From: an uncultured Verrucomicrobiae bacterium
GTDB taxonomy: Bacteria; Verrucomicrobiota; Verrucomicrobiia; Limisphaerales; JAFGQR01
DNA length: 64,000 nt
Assembly (NCBI GenBank): GCA_963788655.1
Contig: CAWBHS010000006.1
Coordinates: 91,699-155,698, forward strand
Reading direction: 5' to 3'
Part shown: piece after piece, positions 54,903 through 64,000 of the stretch
Layout of the letters: each line of letters starts with the position of its first letter
How positions within the stretch are numbered: position 1 is the stretch's first letter
The notes under the pieces: model-generated
The model's database searches: none
Seen by the model: only the letters and a program-made list of their open reading frames with translations
What the model was told of the DNA's origin: nothing
Position numbers and translations under genes: made by a program

Positions 54903-55960
54903 CCGACTCAAATCCCCATCAACCCTCCGATCAACCCAGTAATGCCGGACGGCCTCCCGAATCGGGGCGGCCGGATGTTCCCAACCGCCCGACCGATTCG
55001 GGTCCGCCCCGCGGCTCGGACCGGCCCCGCGATCCGGGACAAAGAAACCGGCGGGGCCGCCAACGTGATGACCGGCGACGAACGAACCCCGAGCGCAAGC
55101 CGCACTTTTCCCGGCAACCTCGGCTCGATCAATATCAAAGCCGCCCTAGCTCGCGACCCACCCCCCCAACATTTCAACGCCGGGTCTGGGATATTGTCGA
55201 AAGCGCCCATACCAACGACACTTCCAGCCGATTGTTCCACTGGGCCCTGTTCACGTTGATCGTACTGAACGTCATCGCGGTGATGCTGGGATCAATCGCC
55301 AACCTCGACGCTCAATGGGGCACGGCGTTGGCCTACTTTCGACGCATCTCCATCGCCGCGTTCACTGTAGAATACTTGGTTCGTCTCTGGGCTTGTGTCT
55401 CCGATGGCCGTTATACGGGAACGATCCGCGGACGCGTGCGTTATGCGCTGTCTCCCCTCGCCCTGACCGATCTGCTGGCCATTCTGCCCGCTTACGTGAC
55501 TGGGATGAGGATTGATTTGCGAATGTTGCGCGCCTTCCGTTTGATGCGGATCTTCCGCTTGATGCGAAGCGGTCGTTATGCTCAGGCGCCGACAATGCTC
55601 TTGCGCGTCGTCCGAAGCCGGCGCGAGGAACTGGCCTGCACGCTGGCGTTTCTGACCGTCCTGTTGTTGGTGGCGGCCACCCTGGTTTTCTTCTTCGAGC
55701 ATTCAACGCAACCGAACCAGTTCCCGAGCATTCCGACCGCCCTCTGGTGGAGCGTTCTCACCCTGACAACCGTCGGCCTGGGAGGGGCGGTGCCAATCAC
55801 GGTGTTGGGCAAGGTAGTTGGCGGTGTGGTGGCGGTAATGGGGCCGGTCCTGTTTGCCGTGCTGGCCGGCATCCTGGCAGCGGGTTTTGTGGACGAACAC
55901 AAGCACCGACGCGAACCGATTTCACACGCCAAGTGCCCGCGCTGTGGCTATCGTCCTTGA
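54899..55960 (+). CDS. 6-TM voltage-gated K+ channel-family ion transporter
   Basis: S4 LRMLRAFRLMRIFRL, pore F.SIP.ALWW..LTLTTVGLG, C-terminal CPRCG. Confidence 0.88.
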   Translation: MTDSNPHQPSDQPSNAGRPPESGRPDVPNRPTDSGPPRGSDRPRDPGQRNRRGRQRDDRRRTNPERKPHFSRQPRLDQYQSRPSSRPTPPTFQRRVWDIVESAHTNDTSSRLFHWALFTLIVLNVIAVMLGSIANLDAQWGTALAYFRRISIAAFTVEYLVRLWACVSDGRYTGTIRGRVRYALSPLALTDLLAILPAYVTGMRIDLRMLRAFRLMRIFRLMRSGRYAQAPTMLLRVVRSRREELACTLAFLTVLLLVAATLVFFFEHSTQPNQFPSIPTALWWSVLTLTTVGLGGAVPITVLGKVVGGVVAVMGPVLFAVLAGILAAGFVDEHKHRREPISHAKCPRCGYRP

Positions 55961-56086
55961 CGGACCGGTATCGGGATAATTCGAGCCGGTTCGAAAGATG
56001 TTTCCAAATTGAATTCGAATTGGATTGGGTTTTCCCACTTGGAAATCCAAGTCATACTTGGGACAAAAATTCTCCCAAACCAAGAC

Positions 56087-56114
56087 TTGCAATGTTTAAG
56101 GGCGGTGCTATAAA
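56087..56114 (+). promoter_or_regulatory. Sigma-70-like promoter of tRNA-Gly
   Basis: TTGCAA-16nt-TATAAA with TG extended -10. Confidence 0.55.
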
Positions 56115-56128
56115 GCCATCACTGGGAA

Positions 56129-56202
56129 GCGGGTGTGGTTCAGTGGTAGAATGCGAGCTTCCCAAGCTTGAGATGAGGGTTCGATTCCCTTCACCCGCTC
56201 CA
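56129..56202 (+). tRNA. tRNA-Gly (CCC)
   Basis: GCGGGTG/CACCCGC acceptor stem, anticodon loop TTCCCAA, GGTTCGATTCC T arm, encoded CCA. Confidence 0.97.
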
Positions 56203-56484
56203 TCGTTTATAAGCAACAACTTACAGGCAAAAACAGAGTCAAAAAAGGGTTACTGCACACAATCACTACCCCGTCACTTGTGTTTATTGTGTCTCAGCAC
56301 GTCTGAATTCCTCGCGGTGATGTAGCCCAAATCTTCGACGGTCCTGTACCCGCCATTACTCCGCCCGTAAACGATCCGAGGTGAGACACATCAAAGCTCC
56401 TGGCGCCGGGGGCAGATGAACAGGTGCCGTCATTCGAGTGGCGCTCGACTATCACGACGCTGGCTGTTCCGCCTGCCGGTCCGG

Positions 56485-56862
56485 GGTGCCAGGTCGTGGT
56501 CCGGGGCGATCCCAGATGCCAGGTGCCGTCTGATGATGGTGAGTTTTAGGATTCGCAGTTGATCGTCATCGAAGGCAGCGCCGATTTTGGTTTGCGCAAA
56601 TCTGCTGCTCAAAAGTCTCGTAGTCGATGTTGGCAACGCGGACTGCGTTGACGGCTTGGTCTTTGGATAGTCCGGCCTGGGTGGCTGCTTTGGTGCGATT
56701 AAAAGGAGTAGGGGCACCCATACTTGTTTTATTTCCCCGCCCAGGGCCAGTTCCCTTCTCAACCTCTTTCAGCAGTTCACCGCACCGACGGATGGCCCGC
56801 GCCCGGATTCCGTCTGCCGCTCTTGGTGCCAAGCCGAGGTCCGCGCCGATCCCAGATGCCAG
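56485..56862. repeat. 38-bp imperfect direct repeat pair (56485-56522, 56825-56862)
   Basis: GGTGCCA....GGTCCG.G.CGATCCCAGATGCCAG, 33/38 identical. Confidence 0.8.
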
Positions 56863-57051
56863 ATCGCCCGGCTGGCCCGGAATGGGGTGCTGCTCCGACT
56901 GGCCCTTACCTCCGATCAGGGTGCCACCCGTGCCACGGCTGTTTCTTGCGGCCAAAGAAAGCATGCTTTTTACCCTGGATGCCGGGTGCGCCGAAGGGGG
57001 GAGGGGGGCTTTCGGGGGCCGGGTCGAACGTATGGGGGGCTGCTTTGCCAA
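56566..57051 (-). pseudogene. Phage-like protein fragment
   Basis: IRARAIRRCGELLKE...AATQAGLSKDQAVNAVRVANI..ETFEQQI resembles phage HTH-like proteins; flanks look non-coding. Confidence 0.5.
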
Positions 57052-57595
57052 AGTTGGTTTTTGGAAAGCTGGGGAACGTCCTTCAACGAGTCGCCGGGGC
57101 CGGATGGGGTGCGGCTACCAGCCTGAGCGTCGCCACGCGCTGGCGGACCAACGGGGCGAACGCAACGGGGGATCGGGTAAGGATCGGTGTTACTCGACGC
57201 GAACTCAATATGGATCGAGGTTGTCTGCCATTGAGCCGCTCTCCCTTGTGGCACGTGGTCATAATTTTGTCTCGTCTAGCGGATTGTCCTCGGGACTTCC
57301 GATGCGACCAATCGGTCCAGGCGATGCGCCACGGCGGGTTTAGGAACGCAAGTAAGTAATAAGCGGCACCGCCTGAAAAATAAAAATTTGGTTAGCAGCT
57401 CACCCTCACAATCCCCCGTGCCGCGTCTGCCGGGGGTCACCACGCCTTTGTAAACGGAAAACCAAGTAAAGTGTCTCAAGTAGGCGACGACCTCCTATAG
57501 GTCAAAGGCGGGCGATCGTTAAGCGCAAAATATGTATGAGTTATCGCAAATATTACGTGCATTGCTTGGCCCGTACTGTAGCCTCATCGGCACCC

Positions 57596-58861
57596 ATGAT
57601 AACACCACTTACACCACTCGTTCGCGACGCTTTCCTCGATCCGGCACTAAGCCTTCTGCCCGACCTCGATAACTACCGCGACGGGCTGGAGTACTCTGAT
57701 ACCGAGTTCATTACTCTGGGGGTCCGCCGCATCAATACCTTCCATCCTTCCGGACGCGCCTTTCTCCAGTCCGTTCGTCAGTGCGATCTGACCGACGTTT
57801 CCCTGCGCGCCTATTTCGGAGCGGCCAGCAGCCCGCGCCGCCTGGCGTTGCTCCACGAACTCAACCCCACGCTCTCTCGGAGGATCAGCGCGGTGACTGA
57901 TCGCTTTGGGGATTTTCCGGAACTCGCCGGCTGGGATATCCTGGCCTTGGACGGACACGATATTCAACATGCCACCCACGAACCCAAAGCCACCATGACG
58001 AGCGGGCGGCGGGAGGTGCCAGACACCGTCACTGGGCTCTTCCTGCGCGATCTACGGACCGGCGCCGCACGAGTGCTGGCGCAGACCGATGGCCATCAAC
58101 ACGAATGGGCGGCGGTCAAAGCCCGCCCGTGGAGTGACTTTCATTGGCATCCCGAGGCCACGCACACCCTCCTGACGATCGATCCGGTGGCCGTGGACTT
58201 TGAGTTCCTGCGGGGCGCGAAATTCAAGGGCGGTTTCACGGTGATTACGCGCATGAAGGCCAATCTGGTGGTGCGGGAAGCCAGGCCATTAACGTGGAAC
58301 AAGAAAGATCCCCGCAACCAGGGCGTGCTCTCCGACGAGCGGGTGCGGTTCGGAGAACCGGGTGAGTTTCGCCGCGTTCGCTACCAGGATCCGGAGACCG
58401 GCGAGATCCATGAGTTCTGGACCACGGAATTCCATTTGGCCCCCGGGGTCATCGCCCAACTCTACCGGCTGCGGTGGGACATAGAGAAGTTCTTCGATGT
58501 CTGGGAGAACCTGCTAGCCGAGAAACGGGCGTGGGGGTCCGGGCCAGTGCCCGCACAGGTGCAGCACGAGTTTCTGGTCCTTGTTCACAATCTACTGCTC
58601 CTCTTGAGTGGCCGGTTGGAAGCCGAAGAGGGAATTCGGGACGCAAAGGTGGAGGGGAAGTATGAGGCCGCACTCAAGAGGCGAAGCACGGTCGCGCGGC
58701 AGAAGGGCAAAGCGGTGTCTCGCTGGGTCCGGTTGTTACGGCGGATTACCCGCTGGAGCAGTCAGTTCACGCGGTGGTTGCAAGACGCGATGGTTCACGG
58801 GTGGGAGTGGAACCTGGCCATTGCTAAGCTCAGGCCACTTATGCTTGCCTATCTCCGCTGA
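57596..58861 (+). mobile_element. IS4-family DDE transposase
   Basis: LALDGH, ITRMK, YQDPETG, YRLRWDIEKFF (YREK motif); only weak imperfect IRs near 57574-57590 and 58854-58870. Confidence 0.88.
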
Positions 58862-59490
58862 TGCACCGTGACACGATCGGAAGACGCCCGAAGAATCCCC
58901 TTATGCGAAAACTCACCGACCATTCTCATCTAACAATGCGAACGTTGGAAGCCTATGCTGTCACTCCACGACCAGTCGCGCCGGTAACACCGATCGCCCT
59001 GGGGCAATCTTCGCGGAGCGCAAGAATTGCCCCAGGCGCCAGACCACCGCCGCGCAGAGAGAATTGGAAAAGTTGTTGGGTATATGGTTCATAGTTTACC
59101 TTCTAGTTGGAACGATTATTGGAAACGGAAGAAAATGCTGGATCAAAGGCACCGGGACGACTGGAAGACAACGCCACGCAGCAAAAGACGCAAGCGCGGA
59201 GCGTGTGATGCCACGAGAGGAGAATTTACGAACGGGCAACGTCAGCAAGGATCTGAACGCCTGAGCAAAGACTGACCGGCAACCGGAAGAACGACACCCC
59301 AATGCTGTTGTCGAGCGACTCATTGAAAATTTCTCTTTTTGCGAAGGGGTTCTTATCTCCGCGAGGCAGAAAAAAAGCAAGCTTTTTAATCCGCGGAAAA
59401 CCATCCTGAGCGGGCAACCATCACCATGTTGCTTAACGAGTAAATGCATCGCATCAGATTTGTTCGTCCAGGGATACGGGAAAACCGGGC

Positions 59491-59526
59491 GAGCCCTGAC
59501 AAAGAAAAAGCTTTGTTACAGGGCTC
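59491..59526 (-). terminator. Hairpin downstream of the lipoprotein gene
   Basis: GAGCCCTGACAAAG ... CTTTGTTACAGGGCTC. Confidence 0.5.
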
Positions 59527-59544
59527 CACGGTCAACATTCCAGA

Positions 59545-60195
59545 TTACTTTTGCATAATCGCTTTGGTAATATTCATTTGCTGTAGCCAGGGATAGGCCT
59601 GAATAAAGGCGGGAATGTCCGTATCGCTCCGATCGACAACCGAAACATCGAAGGTTCCGCTCGAGAACCCACAAACAGATTGATCAATCAGGGGAAAGAT
59701 AGAGCCCGAACGCCGCTCGCCTTCGGCCCGCTGGCGATTGGTCATCACGACGTGGCCCAGATAACTGATTGATCCGGGCGACAAGCTGAAATGCGTGCCC
59801 GCCGGAAACTTGAAGTGCCCGGAAATAAGGAAGTTACCGCTGGTGCCCGCGACGTCGCCCAAGGTGTAGGCGCCGGGCTCCAAAGCAACACTGACTAGAT
59901 ATTCGCAATATTGCTTCTTAACTTTCTGATAAGGCTTGCCGTTTTTGAATTTCCTCCCGGAACCCGAGTCACCCGCCAGCACCTCGATCTTGGCCACCTC
60001 GGGCAGAAACGAGGGCTTGAAATCATTGGCGGTTCTCAAAGTGAAAATGCCAATCGGCTTGGCAGAACTGGAGACGCTGCCCTTACCCGCGTCGAGGGCC
60101 ATCTTGTTGGTGGCACAGCCGCCGGTTAAGAGCGCGAAGACGGCCAAGGCCGCGAGAGTAACGGTCATGTTTTTGAATGGAATGATGTTTTTCAT
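59545..60195 (-). CDS. Hypothetical lipoprotein
   Basis: Hydrophobic signal + LTGGC lipobox; LEPGAY.L, SYLGH. Confidence 0.8.
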   Translation of the reverse strand: MKNIIPFKNMTVTLAALAVFALLTGGCATNKMALDAGKGSVSSSAKPIGIFTLRTANDFKPSFLPEVAKIEVLAGDSGSGRKFKNGKPYQKVKKQYCEYLVSVALEPGAYTLGDVAGTSGNFLISGHFKFPAGTHFSLSPGSISYLGHVVMTNRQRAEGERRSGSIFPLIDQSVCGFSSGTFDVSVVDRSDTDIPAFIQAYPWLQQMNITKAIMQK

Positions 60196-60520
60196 AGTCC
60201 GGATTTTCGTAACGATTGTTTATGATCTGAGCTGCACCGCCAGCGTGAGAACGATCCGAGCCGAACCCATGAACGACCCAACTGCACACCGGCTGTTAAA
60301 GGGTTACGAAACGGGATGCTGATTTCTGACAAAAAAATGTTCGCCCGTTGAACTCCATCGAGGAACGGCTGGTGGATGATTCGCACCAAAGCCAAGTGAA
60401 AGCCCGTCGGATCCTGGGCTTTACGGAGCCAGTCGGATACAATTCCAAGGCGGCCACGTTTCCCTGACCCATGCGATTAGTGCTTCCCCGTTGGTCCGAT
60501 GGCAGCCTTCCCTGGCTTAG

Positions 60521-62050
60521 TTCTACTTTGTTACAAATTTTTCTAGCCAAAATCACCGGCGAGATATAGAAGGATTTTCGTTGTCCGGGCGGAGCAAAAA
60601 CGCCGACACGAAATTCCAAAAAATATAACCCGCAAGGCGCGAAGAACACCGCGCCAACTAAAAATGCCCTTCAGAGTCTGCGCGGGATCGGAAAACGCCT
60701 GCACCGGCTGATGTCCGATTACTCCCAGCACTTCGTGGTCTGGGGCCGAGACCTAAACCAACACGCTTCGGACTATCTGTCTGGCCTGCTCGGCACCGAG
60801 CGCCGCAAGAACCTGGAGGGAATCCACGGCGACATTCCCCAAAGCAATTATCAGGGGATCCAGCAGTTCATCAGCGACTCGCCGTGGGACGAGGGCGAGT
60901 TAATGGCGCAGGTCGCGCGGGAGGTGAACGGGATCTTGGGCGGTCATCGCCACTCGGCGCTGATCCTCGACGAGACCACCTTCATCAAGAAGGGCGACCG
61001 TTCGGTCGGCGTGCAGCGGCAATACTGTGGGCGCTTGGGCAAGACCGAGAATTGTCAGATGGGCGTCTTCGCCTGCCTGGGGCGTGGCGAGCGCTCGTCC
61101 ATTGTCGATTGCCGACTCTTCCTTCCGGCCTCCTGGGCCCGCGACACGGATCGATGTCAGAAAGCTGGGATCCCGGAACCGAAACGGGTTCATCGGAGCA
61201 AGCAGGAGCTGGCCTTGGAGATGGTCAAGGCCGCTCGGGAGCGGGGCCTGCAGTTCCAATGGGTGCTGGCCGATGCGGCTTACGGTTGCAGCCTCAACTT
61301 CGGTCGAGAAGTGGAGGCCCTCGGGTATAAGTACCTGATGGACGCGGCGGGAACTACGCGGGTCTGGAATGAGGATCCCCAGCCCGCGCCGCCGGCGCAA
61401 TCCGTCCGGCGCGGCCGTTCGCAGACACGCTGTCGCCCAGGCAACCGCCAGGCCCGACGCGCGAAGTTGGAGGCACTGGTGAAGGCGCGCTTCGCCGACG
61501 AAGCGCGCGAACTGACGATTCGACAGACGACGCAAGGCCCGCTGCGCGCCAAGGTGCTGCTGCTCACGGTGTGGCTCTGGGAGGAGGGCGCCCCAACTTC
61601 CGAGCGTCGGACGGTCGTGGCTCGCGAGTACAAAGACGGAAAGATCAAGCTATCGTGGACCAATGCGCCGGCGGGGACCAGCGCCGTGGAGTTGGCGTAT
61701 ATGCAGGCCCAGCGTCACTGGATTGAACGGGGCTTCGAGGATGCCAAGAGCCAATTGGGCATGGCGGAGTATGAAGTGCGCAAGTGGCGCGGGTGGCATC
61801 ACCATATGGCGATGGTATCGCTGGCGATGCTCTTTGTGCTTAAGGAGCGCGTCTCCCACGCCGAGAGCGCCCCATTGTTGAGCGCGAGGGACATTGTCGA
61901 GCTGTTGACTTTCTACCTGCCCCGAAGAGGCGGCACCGAGCAGGAAGTCCTGGACGATTTGCTGCGCCGTCACCGACAAAGGCACCGGGCCGCTACAAGC
62001 CATGCAAGAAAGCATCGCCGAGGTCCGCCAAAAAACGTAACAAAGTAGAA
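60521..62050 (+). mobile_element. IS701-family insertion sequence (transposase 60711-62048)
   Basis: LDETTFIKKG.RSVGVQRQYCG.LGK.ENCQ, DAAYG, RHWIERGFEDAK; perfect 14-bp IRs TTCTACTTTGTTAC; TTAG on both sides. Confidence 0.95.
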
Positions 62051-62087
62051 TTAGAGCCTGCACCTGCGAGCCGGTTTTACTGAGGAA

Positions 62088-62285
62088 AGTCCCGTAGAGA
62101 CGGCCGACGATAGCCCACCATTCCAATGGGTGTCGAAGTTTTGTGAATCCAAAGCCCCAGAGGGGTGGAAATAATCATCCGGTAAGCGGAATGTGTTCTT
62201 TCGTCTTTGCCGGGAATCTTTTCCCTTTTCACACGAATTCCCAGCGATGAATCGCTGGGCTATTTTCTTCCGCCCTGCCGGGAAT
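62088..62285. repeat. ~200-bp palindromic element family C copy 1
   Basis: AGTCCCGTAGAGACG...CCCAGCGATGAATCGCTGGGCTATT...CGCCCTGCCGGGA. Confidence 0.8.
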
Positions 62286-63281
62286 GTTCTTCCTCTGGCG
62301 ATTCGCCCAGCACCTTCTTCCGCCACTTCTGCACACTCACCGCATCAAACCGCTCACCCGCGAAGACGATCTGCCTCACCGCCTTCCCGCCGGTGCTTTC
62401 GCGTTTGAGGTAGGCGCTCACGTCCATCCAGCGGATTTCGCCATCCGACGTGCGGATGACGAGCATGACGGCGTAAGCCTGCTGCTGCCAGTAATCAGCC
62501 CAGCGCGGGTTCTTGATCTGGAACACCTCCGCGCCATCGCGCTCGCGCTTCTTGAGATAGGAATCGCCTGACTTCAGCTGCACGTAGAGACGCTTCCCTG
62601 AGGCGCGGCCCTACGGTCGTCCTTGAACTCGATCTCGCCATCAATCCCGTGATCGCTGTTCGTGTAGCCGCGATAGATTTGCCCGGCTTCGGCCACGATG
62701 AATCCCGTGTGATGCACCGCCAGCAATTCGCGGCTCTCGTTGTCAATCACCGCCTGCCCTTCGCTCTGCATCTCGCGCACCTGCTCCTTCACCGCCGGCG
62801 ACTCGAACTTCTCCTCGATCACATCGCGCAGCAGGATCGGTTTGCCGCAATCCGGACAGAACACTTTCCCCTTGCCGCCGGGAGCCAGCGCCTTGTCAAT
62901 CTTCGCCTGCGGGGAGTCCCGGAGGGACGAGCGAAAATAGCCCAGCGATTCATCGCTGGGACAACGGTCAACAAACCCGTCCAAGCCCCGTAGGGGCGAA
63001 AGAAATCTCTGAGCAAGCTGACGATCATCTCTTTCGTCCCTGGCGGGACTCGTTACCCTGTCCCCCGGAAACCCAGCGATGAATCGCTGGGCTATTCTCT
63101 TTCGCCCTGCCGGGCTGCGAAATGGCAGCCGCACGACCAGCGCCCAGTCCGAGCCGAACGCATGGGCCGACATGCAGAGCACCAGCACGCGCGAGTGTTC
63201 CAGCCCTTCCTCGATCTTCGCCGGGATGCTGTCGCCGGGCTTGAGCACCCATTCATCGAACCACACCTTCAGCCTTGTCAT
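62260..63281 (-). pseudogene. TIR-domain / DUF4365-like (PD-(D/E)xK) protein remnant
   Basis: LKVWFDEWVLKPGDSIPAKIEEGLEHSRVLVLCMS (TIR, N-terminus missing); CPDCG; DHGIDGEIEF...YVQLKSG; frameshift near 62612. Confidence 0.75.
62915..63116. repeat. Palindromic element family C copy 2, inside the TIR ORF
   Basis: AGTCCCGGAGGGACGA...AATAGCCCAGCGATTCATCGCTGGG...CCCAGCGATGAATCGCTGGGCTATT...CGCCCTGCCGGGCT. Confidence 0.85.
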
Positions 63282-63339
63282 TACCCAGATCTTTCCGTTG
63301 CTTTGTTTAGGGTAATTAATCGCTAAGTTATTAAGATAT

Positions 63340-64000
63340 AATAACCCAACTGGGCGACCAACGCCGGACCAAGCGCCTTGTGAACATCGCCCAACGCCTG
63401 GCCGCCAATCCTGGCGGCACTTTGCCCCACGCCTTTTCGGGCTGGGACGAACTCAAAGCCGCCTATCGCTTCTTGGATGGCCCCGGCGTGAGCTTCGAGA
63501 AGATCCTGACCCCCCACTGGGAATGGACCCGGGCCGCCTGTCGGAACCGGGCGAATATTTGCTCATCGAAGACACCACCCTGTCAGATTATTCCGCCACC
63601 CCGCCGCCCCGACTTGGGCCCCATCGGCGACGGTTAGGGCCGCGGGTTTGAACTGCACAGCAATCTGGCCGTCCGCGTCGAAGGCTGGAACCGCAGCAGC
63701 GGCCCCAAGGCACCGTGGTCGGGTTGTTGGTCCGACACTGTGCTTGTGTGCCCCCGGCCGGCGGGGAAACCGCGGCGCAGCGTTGGGATCGCCCCGCAAG
63801 TCGCAGCGCCGGGCCGCGCTGCTCAAGGCGGTGGCGGCGCCGCCCGCCGACTGCCACTGGATTTACCTGGCCGATCCCGGCGGGCGCGGACCGCCCCACC
63901 ACCCTGGTTCTGCACCGCCGCCCATGTGTCACAGGGCAGCGAGGTCAATAAGACCCAGTGCAACGGCTCGGTGATGCCCTCGGGCGCATGCACCTCGCCC
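63340..64000 (+). pseudogene. IS4/Tn5-like transposase remnant (frameshifted, runs off window)
   Basis: NPGGTLPHAF.GWDELKAAYRFL...IL.PH, then EYLLIEDTT and G.ELHS.LAV in other frames. Confidence 0.75.

Noticed and set aside
57370..57445. Phage cos-like GC/AT pattern
   Set aside because: No terminase or HNH gene nearby; resemblance too weak to support.
59027..59449. Short ORFs between IS4 and the lipoprotein gene
   Set aside because: No recognisable motifs, conflicting overlapping frames.
59511..59519. CTTTGTTAC matching part of the IS701 IR
   Set aside because: Only 9 bp and explained as one arm of a terminator-like hairpin.

Overview
GC-rich bacterial chromosome segment, most likely Verrucomicrobiota subdivision 3 (Pedosphaera/Limisphaerales-like). 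This is inferred from the prepilin-type protein, multiple sulfatases, the ECF/anti-sigma pair, the short ATP synthase delta subunit and the REP families. 1-42 kb is mostly core or carbohydrate genes: the end of a colanic-acid-like EPS locus (wcaF-like, GT2-VanZ fusion, WcaI-like GT4, WcaJ-like), REC-HDOD regulator, suhB, a complete F1Fo operon (atpBEFHAGDC), a sigma-54 activator, an N-terminal-half-only carB, a YyaL-like protein, an Rrf2 regulator, a sulfatase, a GxGYxYP hydrolase and a glycogen debranching enzyme. At 42.2-47.0 kb, a more AT-rich 4.4 kb island lies between two direct copies of a ~170-190 bp palindromic MITE/REPIN. After two more sulfatases and a K+ channel with an atypical filter (TVGLGG), tRNA-Gly(CCC) at 56129-56202 starts a mobile, decaying region. 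That region holds a phage-like remnant, IS4, an intact IS701, a TIR/DUF4365 remnant with a palindromic element read in frame, and a Tn5-like IS4 remnant. The recurring pattern is short repeats or MITEs bracketing cargo in direct orientation (three separate cases). Several single-base insertion frameshifts may be long-read consensus errors. All protein calls rest on motif recognition by eye; no database searches were run.
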